A program made the translations under genes and the position numbers. A model generated the notes under the pieces. The model saw nothing but the letters and a program-made list of their open reading frames with translations. It ran no database searches and was not told the DNA's origin. Below, piece after piece: positions 38,950 to 46,406 of a stretch of 64,000 nucleotides of DNA (positions are counted from its first letter, which is position 1; every line of letters begins with the position of its first letter). The stretch is from Candidatus Latescibacterota bacterium (GTDB lineage Bacteria; Latescibacterota; UBA2968; UBA8231), in assembly GCA_965208105.1 (NCBI GenBank), contig OZ242318.1:2016001-2080000 (forward strand), read 5' to 3'.

Positions 38950-39594
38950 TCAGTCGCCGGTGCCTTGTCCGGTCAGTTGCGTCGTTTGGTTCAACGGCTT
39001 TCTCGCCACGGCCTTGTTGATTGGGTGCGTGTGCCGAATACTACCCGGATGCTCATCCTCAATGGTGTAGCTCTCTTCTAATTCGATGTCCCAATCCTCA
39101 TAGAGTGAGAACAATTTGCCTTCTTGGAACAGTCCGAGGCAGTGCGCTTCCAGATCCGCTGGCGGAGGAATCCTGTCAGTGAAAACGACAACGACGTTCG
39201 TGCCGCCCGGAATTGTATGAGACTTGAATTCCGAGACTAACTTCATCCATTGTTTTCGAGCGATCAGATGCAGACACCCGTGCGAGACAATGAGGTCGAA
39301 CTTGCCAGAGAATGAATACTGACGCATATCAGCGACATCGGCGCGTATGCTGATTCCATCACGGTCCGCCAGCATTTGCAACTTCCGGATGCCTGACTCC
39401 GAAATATCGACTGCCGTAACATCAAACCCCTGCTTCGCAAGGAAGAGTGCATTCCGTCCTTCTCCGCAACCTAAGTCCAAAACTTTTGCTCCCTGCACCA
39501 TCTGATTTGCAAGTTCTAGGATCTCAGCACTCGGATCGCCAAATGTCTTAGCCTCAAGATCCGCGTACCCTTTGGTCCATGGAAAATCAATCAT
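38950..39594 (-). CDS. TehB-like SAM methyltransferase, cassette
   Basis: VLDLGCGEGRNALFLAKQGFDVTAVDIS; start taken as ATG 39594. Confidence 0.87.
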   Translation of the reverse strand: MIDFPWTKGYADLEAKTFGDPSAEILELANQMVQGAKVLDLGCGEGRNALFLAKQGFDVTAVDISESGIRKLQMLADRDGISIRADVADMRQYSFSGKFDLIVSHGCLHLIARKQWMKLVSEFKSHTIPGGTNVVVVFTDRIPPPADLEAHCLGLFQEGKLFSLYEDWDIELEESYTIEDEHPGSIRHTHPINKAVARKPLNQTTQLTGQGTGD

Positions 39595-39702
39595 CGAATT
39601 CACTGGCTGTCGAACTTGCGCTTGAGTGGCGACTATGAAAGTATATCTCCAGAAAAATATTGGGAGATACACTGCAAGGCCCCGACTATACTTTTCCCAT
39701 TT

Positions 39703-39786
39703 CATCTAACGTTCTCGCCGTGCCCGAACCGCGAAGCGGTTGCGCGAAGGGCGAAAGCACGAAGCCGGGCACGGACGTGTTACCTG
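39703..39786 (-). repeat. attC-like site 44
   Basis: catctaac...gttacctg. Confidence 0.9.
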
Positions 39787-39831
39787 CCGTGGCCATCCTG
39801 CACGAATGAAAAATTCCTCGTAGCAGCCGAT

Positions 39832-40629
39832 TCACACCTCTGGCTTAAAGCCTACGGCGCGACACCACGCAAAGGCCGCATAGGCATCGGGAGATACCGA
39901 CCACTCCTCCCAGGCTTCGGTTATTGCTTTCAACTCGTCATCTGTAGCAAGTCCGTGTTCTTGCGCGTTCTGAACAAAGGCTCCGTCCTGGAAGTAGTGC
40001 ACTTGTCTGCTCCCAAACGTCTTCACTTTGTCCTCAGTTCCATAGCAGAGATATTTGGAAGTGGCAGTCACATCATTAAAACTCGCGCCATTCAATAGAC
40101 CGCGAAGTTCGCGGCCGCAATATGGACCGCCGGTGCCTTTCAGAGTCCAGAGCTGCTCTCGAATTGAATAGCTGCGTCGAAGTAAGGACGAACGTGGTCC
40201 GCTGACGATGAAACCACCGTATTCCACGTCTGCGATTCCTAATACCCCACCGGGTTTGAGGACGCGCTTCACCTCCAGGAGTGCGTCTTGTGGGCGATCC
40301 AGGGTCTCGGCCACCGAGTGGCAGAGGCAGGCATCGAAGCTATTGTCTGCGAAATCGAGTTTGTAAACATCACCGACGCAAAAATCAATGTTTCCAATCG
40401 CGTGGACGCGAGCATACGTTTCAGCATCTCCGAAACCATCATCGCTAAGATCAACACCGACTACGCTACGCACCTTCTCGGCCACACCCAAAGCAATGCT
40501 TCCGCCACCGCATCCTACGTCCAGGACTTTGAACTCTGGTGCCAAGTGTGGAAACAGGAACTCGGCATAATCGTCCGCGTTCCGGCCGGCCATGTAGTCT
40601 TCAAAGCTCATGCCAAAGGTGTCTTCCAA
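39832..40629 (-). CDS. UbiE-like SAM methyltransferase, cassette copy 2 (diverged)
   Basis: Paralogue of 27682..28479 with several substitutions. Confidence 0.9.
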   Translation of the reverse strand: MEDTFGMSFEDYMAGRNADDYAEFLFPHLAPEFKVLDVGCGGGSIALGVAEKVRSVVGVDLSDDGFGDAETYARVHAIGNIDFCVGDVYKLDFADNSFDACLCHSVAETLDRPQDALLEVKRVLKPGGVLGIADVEYGGFIVSGPRSSLLRRSYSIREQLWTLKGTGGPYCGRELRGLLNGASFNDVTATSKYLCYGTEDKVKTFGSRQVHYFQDGAFVQNAQEHGLATDDELKAITEAWEEWSVSPDAYAAFAWCRAVGFKPEV

Positions 40630-40644
40630 TGCGGAAAGCCATGG

Positions 40645-40804
40645 CAGGTAACGTTCTTAAGTGGCCGAACTGGCAAAGCCACAACTCATCCTAACCGCTG
40701 TGCCGCTCGGGCAGCCACTACTCCTTCCCAACGTCCGCACGTTAGGGCCAGTTGGGACGGAGGCCGCCGCAGGGCGGCCGCAGCCGGCCACTGTGTGTTA
40801 TGCG
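40645..40804 (-). repeat. attC-like site 45 (160 bp, expanded inner arm)
   Basis: caggtaac...agtggccg/cggccact...gttatgcg; aactggc/gccagtt encloses cctaac...gttagg. Confidence 0.8.
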
Positions 40805-40856
40805 AAGGTGCCCCCCGAGGCTACCCGCACCGCGTTCCACTACCCTCACAATGCTG

Positions 40857-41450
40857 TCATGTCGAGGTCCTCAATAGATGACGAACGGGCTCGTCAGACC
40901 ACAGCTGCACCTCAATGAACCGCTCCACAGGTGTCCCCCAGTAGTTGTCGTATTCAACTCGAGGCATTCCGTACTCCCCGATCACGGCCTCAAGTTCATC
41001 GATGAGGTACACGCGATCGTGATACGGTCTCGCCTCCTGGCGCGGGATTCCGAAATCCGCCCCGAAACCCATGGCCTCGAAACTGTCAGAATAGGTGAAG
41101 CTAGTGACGGGTGACGGGAGGTCGTTCAGAGCGACCACGACTTCCTTGGTGTCGGGAGCGAGCTGCTTGAACCACTCGGATCTACCCAGGACAAAGTAGT
41201 GTGGAGCGCTCCGCTCGGGCCGTCCGCCCCGGGCGACGAAGAGGCCTCGGAGCCGTTCCTCCGTCAGCCGTCGCATTTCAATATACTTGCGGCCGAACGG
41301 CCGCTTGTGATCACGGACTCGTCGGAGTTCCTGAAGCCCCTGCCGCACACCCTCAAGGTCTGTCTCAGCGAGGTCTGACAGGTTCAGAAACGGATGTCTG
41401 TCGGACAGGTGATAGTGCGTTACGAATTCTGGAATCTTCAATCGCGCCAT
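40857..41450 (-). CDS. Hypothetical protein, cassette
   Basis: 197-aa ORF filling the cassette (PFLNLSDL, PHYFVLG, IEVQLWSD). Confidence 0.75.
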   Translation of the reverse strand: MARLKIPEFVTHYHLSDRHPFLNLSDLAETDLEGVRQGLQELRRVRDHKRPFGRKYIEMRRLTEERLRGLFVARGGRPERSAPHYFVLGRSEWFKQLAPDTKEVVVALNDLPSPVTSFTYSDSFEAMGFGADFGIPRQEARPYHDRVYLIDELEAVIGEYGMPRVEYDNYWGTPVERFIEVQLWSDEPVRHLLRTST

Positions 41451-41500
41451 CTCCGACTACCGCTAGGACCCCTCCCTTCCAAATACGTTCCTGGCACTTT

Positions 41501-41592
41501 TGCATAACGTTCTGCCGGTTTGCGAACCCGCGCAGCGGGTTGCCGAAGGCCAAGGCGCGTCTGCGCCGCAGCGAAAACCGATGTGTTATCTG
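41501..41592 (-). repeat. attC-like site 46
   Basis: tgcataac...gttatctg. Confidence 0.87.
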
Positions 41593-41634
41593 ACATGCAA
41601 TTCGGTGAGCTCCAAGTCGAATAGATGCATTCCT

Positions 41635-42084
41635 CTATACGAACTCCTGAGCACGTACAGTGAATGGTGAAGTTGTATATGACTGAAACAAAACCCGCCC
41701 ATCAAATGACAGAAGCTGCCGAAGCCTTCGGCTGTAGCCAGGGTGATCTATCATCTTATCGGCATCTGTCTTCTGAACCCACGAAACATCAAGAGTCTCC
41801 TCTCCAATCCGGGCGTCGCCAGACAACCAAGATCCAAGGAAATCGAAAATAACTCGACGCTCACTAAGGTTGGTATACACCCCAACAAGTCGATTAGCCG
41901 AGGCCAGGATGTTGGCCTCTTCTCTGACTTCACGGATGACCCCATCGAGGATGGACTCACCTTCCTCTATTTGGCCACCTGGAAACTCCCACCCCCTTCG
42001 TGGGGTTTTAACCAGAAGGACATCGTCTCCTCGTTCCACGAGAATTCCAGCAGCGACGATATGTTTCGGTGGGTTCGGATGCAT
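41635..42084 (-). CDS. NUDIX hydrolase, cassette
   Basis: WEFPGGQIEEGESILDGVIREVREEA Nudix box. Confidence 0.92.
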   Translation of the reverse strand: MHPNPPKHIVAAGILVERGDDVLLVKTPRRGWEFPGGQIEEGESILDGVIREVREEANILASANRLVGVYTNLSERRVIFDFLGSWLSGDARIGEETLDVSWVQKTDADKMIDHPGYSRRLRQLLSFDGRVLFQSYTTSPFTVRAQEFV

Positions 42085-42174
42085 TTGTTGCCTTCAGGAT
42101 GACCTTAAATTCCGGTCGATTCGGAATATCCAACCGGACGGGGATGGTAAGATAGTAGCCAAAAAAATGCATGT

Positions 42175-42259
42175 CAGATAACGTTCTCGCCGTGCCCGAA
42201 CCGCGAATGCGGTTGCGCGAAGGGCGAATGCCCGAAGCCGGGCACGGACGTGTTATAGG
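42175..42259 (-). repeat. attC-like site 47
   Basis: cagataac...gttatagg. Confidence 0.9.
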
Positions 42260-42302
42260 ATGTGCCAGATTGGGTGGAGGGGAAAGACATTCCACCAGCA
42301 CA

Positions 42303-42799
42303 TTATGTCCAATATTTTCGGCAGATAAAGGCCAATTCATAGAGAGCCGCGAAATCCTGGTCGTCAGCGGAAAACAGATCTGTTGCCTTATCGTACTCGA
42401 TAGTCCGCACTTCAGTGATCGAACCTCCCGCACATGAATGGGGTGGGGGAAATGAGGTAGCCTGGGCTGGGCCTCTTGTGAAACGCAATGGTACATCCCG
42501 ATCGGTTTGACGTGGCTCAAAGCTGCGCCCGTTTCCTCCATCATTTCCCGATGTGCAGCCTGCAACTAGCTCTCCCCAGGTTCCAGCGTCCCGCCAGGCA
42601 ACACCCACCTGCCATTCTCGCGACGGGTCACGAGGCACTCAGTCGCCGAGACAAATGGAATTACATAGGACGAGCCGCAACACGAATCTACGACTTCGCG
42701 ATCGAAATTGACGAAATCAATGCCCTGCCTCCCGCGATCCCGCAATGCTGGAAGATCTCGGACAAATCTGTCGAAATCTGAGTCATCCAGAGATTTCAC
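42303..42799 (-). pseudogene. NUDIX hydrolase pseudogene (TAG in the Nudix box plus downstream frameshift)
   Basis: LPGGTLEPGES*LQAAHREMMEETG; C-terminus in another frame. Confidence 0.8.
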
Positions 42800-42821
42800 A
42801 GCACTTCCCTATCTGGCATTT

Positions 42822-42911
42822 CCTATAACGTTCCCGCGGGCTGCGAACCCGTGCAGCGGGTTTTCTGCGAAGGCGCGAATGCGCCGAAGCCGTAGCCCGT
42901 CGTGTTAGCCG
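42822..42911 (-). repeat. attC-like site 48
   Basis: cctataac...cgggctgcg/cgtagcccg...gttagccg. Confidence 0.88.
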
Positions 42912-42962
42912 TGTGTGCAGCCCGCACTGGCCTTGCCAGGACGGCAAGGCCTCTTGATTTGC

Positions 42963-43514
42963 TTAGGCATCCGTGGGACCAGGCGACCAGCCGATCGATT
43001 GGGCCCAACCGTCCGCACGGGACATGATTTCCCAGATTATTGGATTTTTTGAATCGGTGTACCTCTTCCTGTCCTCTCGGTACTTCATAGCCAACTCCCG
43101 TTTAACCTTCTCGTAACGTTTCTGCTCTTCCAAGTGTTCTCGGAGATAGTCACGAAACAACAAGGCGAACTGCTCAGACCAGCTGCCAGCCTTGCGGACG
43201 TGGATATGTGTTCGTCTCTTCCCTGGCAGTTCTCGAAAATACCGCTTTGTCCTTTCAGGGTTGTCCTTCCGCCAGATGTAGCCAATTTGCTCCAGCGGAA
43301 CTCGAAACGGATCAACGGGGTCGAGTTCCTTCACTGAAATCTGCACATCAATGATGGGCTTGGCTGCCAGACCTGCGATTGAGGTAGATCCAATATGGTC
43401 AATCCGGATCGCCACGTTCCCAAGAGCTTCCTTCATCCTGATCCCGAGCTCGCGGAAGAGCATTGGCCACTCATCCGAGTAGTCCTTGATCTCAATCACG
43501 TAAGGTGTCGTCAT
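42963..43514 (-). CDS. GrpB (UPF0157) family protein, cassette
   Basis: IDHIGSTSIAGLAAKPIIDVQ, RTHIHVR, LFRDYLR. Confidence 0.9.
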   Translation of the reverse strand: MTTPYVIEIKDYSDEWPMLFRELGIRMKEALGNVAIRIDHIGSTSIAGLAAKPIIDVQISVKELDPVDPFRVPLEQIGYIWRKDNPERTKRYFRELPGKRRTHIHVRKAGSWSEQFALLFRDYLREHLEEQKRYEKVKRELAMKYREDRKRYTDSKNPIIWEIMSRADGWAQSIGWSPGPTDA

Positions 43515-43583
43515 TGATCGACTGCTCAGTTCATGGATTTGGCGGCGCAGGAGGCGCCGCCGCATTCTTTGCGGGCTGCATTA

Positions 43584-43688
43584 CGGCTAACGTTCTCGCG
43601 GGCTGCGAACCTGCCGCAGGCAGGTTTCCTGCGAAGGCCGAATGGCCGGAGCCGCAGCCCGCCGCAGCGTAAACCGCTGTGTTATCGG
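43584..43688 (-). repeat. attC-like site 49
   Basis: cggctaac...gttatcgg. Confidence 0.83.
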
Positions 43689-43712
43689 AAGGTCAATACA
43701 TCCCTCGCGTGC

Positions 43713-44489
43713 CTACTTGACCGCCAAAAGGTTGATCCTGCGGAAGGTTTCGAAACACGTGCCATCCGTTTGACGCGTCTCCTCAACCATTCGTTTTGTT
43801 ACAACCTCGTGAAATCGACTCCCTGTTTCAGAATCGAGGTACTGCTTGAATGGTATCACTGCCGGATGGTCAACCCAACCTAACATTGTCTGCGTATCGG
43901 GGAAGAATCGATCAGCGTTCTCTCCCCATACCCGCAGACTCGAAAAGGATGAGTTTCCTACGAGCTTCTCGTATGCTTCCACTGAAGGCATGTACCAAGG
44001 CCATTCGAAATCTGAAAAAGCTCCGGAAAATTCCTCGCTGGCCATTACCTCCAAGGCTACACGATTGAACGTGCCGCAGTTCCCCTCACCTGCAAAATTA
44101 ACCCTAACTACGCCAGAGCGTTTGAGAGCACGACAAAAGATCTCGAGGAGCATCTGGTGGTCCTTGATCCAGTGCAAAGTGGCATTGGAGAATATCACAT
44201 CGAACTCGTCCTGAAATTCTGCGTCGAGAATATCGATCAGTCGGAACGAAAGATTGGCTCGGTGGATATTCTGTGCCGCCTCGATCATTCCTTCAGAGGT
44301 GTCGATTCCAACAACTGAACCGGCGGAAACTGCGTCAGCGAGATTCGCGGTGAGGGTGCCGTCGCCGCAACCTACATCCAGAATGCACTCGTTGCCGGCG
44401 AGATCAAGTTCGTCGATCAATCGCGCTCCCCATTCTTTCTGGTGAGCGGACGTCTCCTGGTAGCGCTTTCCGTCGAAATCTACTCTCAA
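43713..44489 (-). CDS. Trans-aconitate methyltransferase-like SAM methyltransferase, cassette
   Basis: ILDVGCGDG, FDVIFSNATLHWI; start taken as TTG 44489 (the track ORF runs into the attC). Confidence 0.87.
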   Translation of the reverse strand: MRVDFDGKRYQETSAHQKEWGARLIDELDLAGNECILDVGCGDGTLTANLADAVSAGSVVGIDTSEGMIEAAQNIHRANLSFRLIDILDAEFQDEFDVIFSNATLHWIKDHQMLLEIFCRALKRSGVVRVNFAGEGNCGTFNRVALEVMASEEFSGAFSDFEWPWYMPSVEAYEKLVGNSSFSSLRVWGENADRFFPDTQTMLGWVDHPAVIPFKQYLDSETGSRFHEVVTKRMVEETRQTDGTCFETFRRINLLAVK

Positions 44490-44503
44490 CTCACTTTGAC
44501 TTT

Positions 44504-44601
44504 CCGATAACGTTCCGCCGGTTTGCGAACGCCGAGCTTGACGAAGGGTTGCCGAAGGCCAAGGCGCGACAGCGCCGCAGCGCAAACCGTGCTGTTAGAT
44601 G
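44504..44601 (-). repeat. attC-like site 50 (first cassette)
   Basis: ccgataac...cggtttgcg/cgcaaaccg...gttagatg. Confidence 0.9.
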
Positions 44602-44624
44602 AAGCTCTCTCAGAAGTCAGATCT

Positions 44625-44990
44625 TTACGCGTCAATGGCTTCACGTGTAACGGATGGTTCGAAAAAACGCTCCTGGAACTCCGTCAAAGCCAGGATCTGC
44701 TCGTCTGAGTAGTCTCTACCGGCAGGTACGACAATGAGCTTATCATCATCGTCGTCCGATCGTTGAATGACGGCGATACATCTGCCTGTAAAAGCCTCTA
44801 TCGGTTTGAAGACACCCAGGATATAGGCGTCCATATTTTCTCCGTCAGGCGCCGGAACGTCCGGAAGAAATCCGTAGTTGACAGGATAGATGAAGCCCGC
44901 TTCAGGATGCCTGGAGCCAAGGGGTCGATCAATCGTAAGATCGACCATTTCTCCGATGAACTTCCTCGCATCCACGAAATTCCCCGCCAT
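44625..44990 (-). CDS. Short inorganic pyrophosphatase-family protein, first cassette
   Basis: IDRPLGSRHP, YPVNYGF, DGENMDAY, DDDDKLIV. Confidence 0.87.
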   Translation of the reverse strand: MAGNFVDARKFIGEMVDLTIDRPLGSRHPEAGFIYPVNYGFLPDVPAPDGENMDAYILGVFKPIEAFTGRCIAVIQRSDDDDDKLIVVPAGRDYSDEQILALTEFQERFFEPSVTREAIDA

Positions 44991-45038
44991 GGTCGTTTAA
45001 TCTCCCAGCCATGTTGAAGTGAGGCAACGCTGCTCCGA

Positions 45039-45080
45039 GTTTCATCTAACTGCCTGTATGCGAACCATTGGTTCGTATAA
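45039..45080 (-). other. attI-like primary recombination site
   Basis: tttcatctaac complements the far end of the first cassette (gttagatgaa 44594) and has no partner attC arm; arm-6 bp-arm GTTTCATCTAA-CTGCCT-GTATGCGAACC plus an extra arm GGTTCGTATAA. Confidence 0.75.
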
Positions 45081-45251
45081 TGGCCGCCAAGTGCTACCTA
45101 TCTGAAACGAAGGTACCTATTGTTGTGAACAGTCGCAACCAGTATCCTCGAGGTCGTATATTCTCGTAACTCTTTGCGACTGTTCGAGATATATCGATTC
45201 TTCTGAGGTCCGGCGCATCTGGCATGCATTTCTCTGGCAAAGGTTTGGAGT

Positions 45252-46190
45252 ATGCACGCAATGCGGAAATATCGCGGACACCCGGGCCTGACCGATGAAG
45301 AGGTAGCTGTCCTCAGCCGGGTCGAGTTGGAGCTGAAGCTGAGGGGATACGCCAGGAAGACGCGGAAGTCGTACATGGGCCACTGCCGGCGATTCCTTCA
45401 ATGGAAACGGGGCTACCGCGGCTAAGGGCAGGAGGAAGTGCGGTCGCATCTGGGTTGGCTCCTCGCCCGGGGGGTGAGCCGCTCCGCCTTCAACACCACC
45501 TACAGTGCCTTGAGCTTTCTCTATAGGGAAGTTCTGATGCAGCCCGCCTCCCTGGAGAGGCTGCGAAGACCGAGGGGCGGACGGCAGCTTCCCGAAATCC
45601 TCAGCCAGCGGGAAGTGCTGCGTATCCTCGATTCTCTCCGCAATCCGAAGCACCGGCTCATCCTTGCCCTGCTGTATGCCGGGGGCCTGCGTGTGGGAGA
45701 GGTCGTGCGTCTCAAGGTGAGCGATATCGACAGCGATCGCATGCTGATCCGCGTTCGCCAAGGCAAGGGACGAAAAGACCGATATACCTTGCTGCCCCGG
45801 TCGATTCTCGAGGATCTCCGGTCTTACTGGAAGGCGTACCGGCCGTCGACATGGCTGTACCCCGGAGCCCGGGAAGGACGGCATCTCACCGAACGGTCGG
45901 TGCAGAAGATGTTCTCCCGTGCGGTCGTCGCCGCGGGAATCCGCAAACGGGTGACCGTGCACACCCTGAGACACAGCTTTGCGACGCACCTGCTCGAAGG
46001 GGGAACCGATCTGCGCTACATCCAGGAGCTCCTCGGGCACAGAAACTCGAAAACGACGGAAATCTACACCCACGTGCAGCGCAAGGACCTGGTGCGCATC
46101 GAGAGTCCGCTCGACGCGCTGTTGGGTCACGGCGGTAGCCCTGAGCAGGTTAGAGGACGCACCTTTCCGCGCCACGGCGATGAGAGGTGA
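45252..46190 (+). pseudogene. Tyrosine recombinase (integron-integrase-like, lacking the IntI I2 insertion) with in-frame TAA at 45423-45425
   Basis: N-terminal ELKLRGYARKTRKSY (SAM-like domain) in frame with LLYAGGLRVGE, GKGRKDR, HTLRHSFATHLLE, IQELLGH, TTEIYTHV, SPLD. Confidence 0.85.
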
Positions 46191-46406
46191 TGGGTTAAAC
46201 GATCGCTGGTCCTCGTTGTCCTGTAGCTGTCCATCTGGTGATAGATGATTCCGGTAGGCTAGACGACGGATATGCAGACCTCGTCGAGGTCGATAGCGGG
46301 TTCTTCAGCACCCACTGACCTGATGCCCTTGAGACCAGGAGCGAATTGGGTTTAATTTCCCATCTTCCATGCAGGTTACGATCTTCCATGTTAGGAGGAT
46401 GACGCC

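Larger units (their letters stand above)
1..46190 (-). mobile_element. Chromosomal integron-like element: ~50-cassette array (continues past left edge), attI-like site and divergent tyrosine recombinase
   Basis: Co-oriented minus-strand ORFs, each followed by a TAAC...GTTA palindrome. The two ends of most cassettes are reverse complements. Duplicated cassettes diverge from their neighbours at the TAAC. The recombinase gene points away from the array. Confidence 0.93.

Noticed and set aside
39641-39670. Inverted repeat gtatatctcc...ggagatac upstream of the TehB-like gene as promoter/operator
   Set aside because: TATACT is present but there is no properly spaced -35; support is too weak.
200-44601. 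Repeats as a CRISPR array
   Set aside because: Spacing is gene-sized and irregular, repeats vary in sequence and length, and there are no cas genes in the window.
200-44601. Repeats as REP/REPIN elements, terminators or tRNA-like ncRNAs
   Set aside because: They occur once per gene in one orientation, have cassette-specific matched ends, move with duplicated genes and are absent from the backbone. They have no U-tract and no tRNA T-loop/CCA features.
45061-45075. CGAAC-CATTG-GTTCG as a LexA/SOS box
   Set aside because: The spacer is 5 nt, not the 4 nt of GAAC-N4-GTTC, and no CTGT-N8-ACAG is present. It is better explained as adjacent recombinase arms, though a lineage-specific box is not excluded.
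45039-45097. Chromosomal dif site
   Set aside because: No TTATGTTAAAT-like XerD arm, and the left arm belongs to the first cassette.
13875-45425. In-frame stops as recoding (Sec/Pyl or alternative genetic code)
   Set aside because: The stops are a mix of TAG and TAA, both are used as normal terminators elsewhere, and frameshifts and deletions co-occur, so decay or sequencing error is simpler.
45117-46175. 352-aa minus-strand ORF
   Set aside because: Antisense shadow of the recombinase with no motifs. The same applies to long shadow ORFs such as 48820..50145, 52569..53933, 57423..58583 and 62366..63235.
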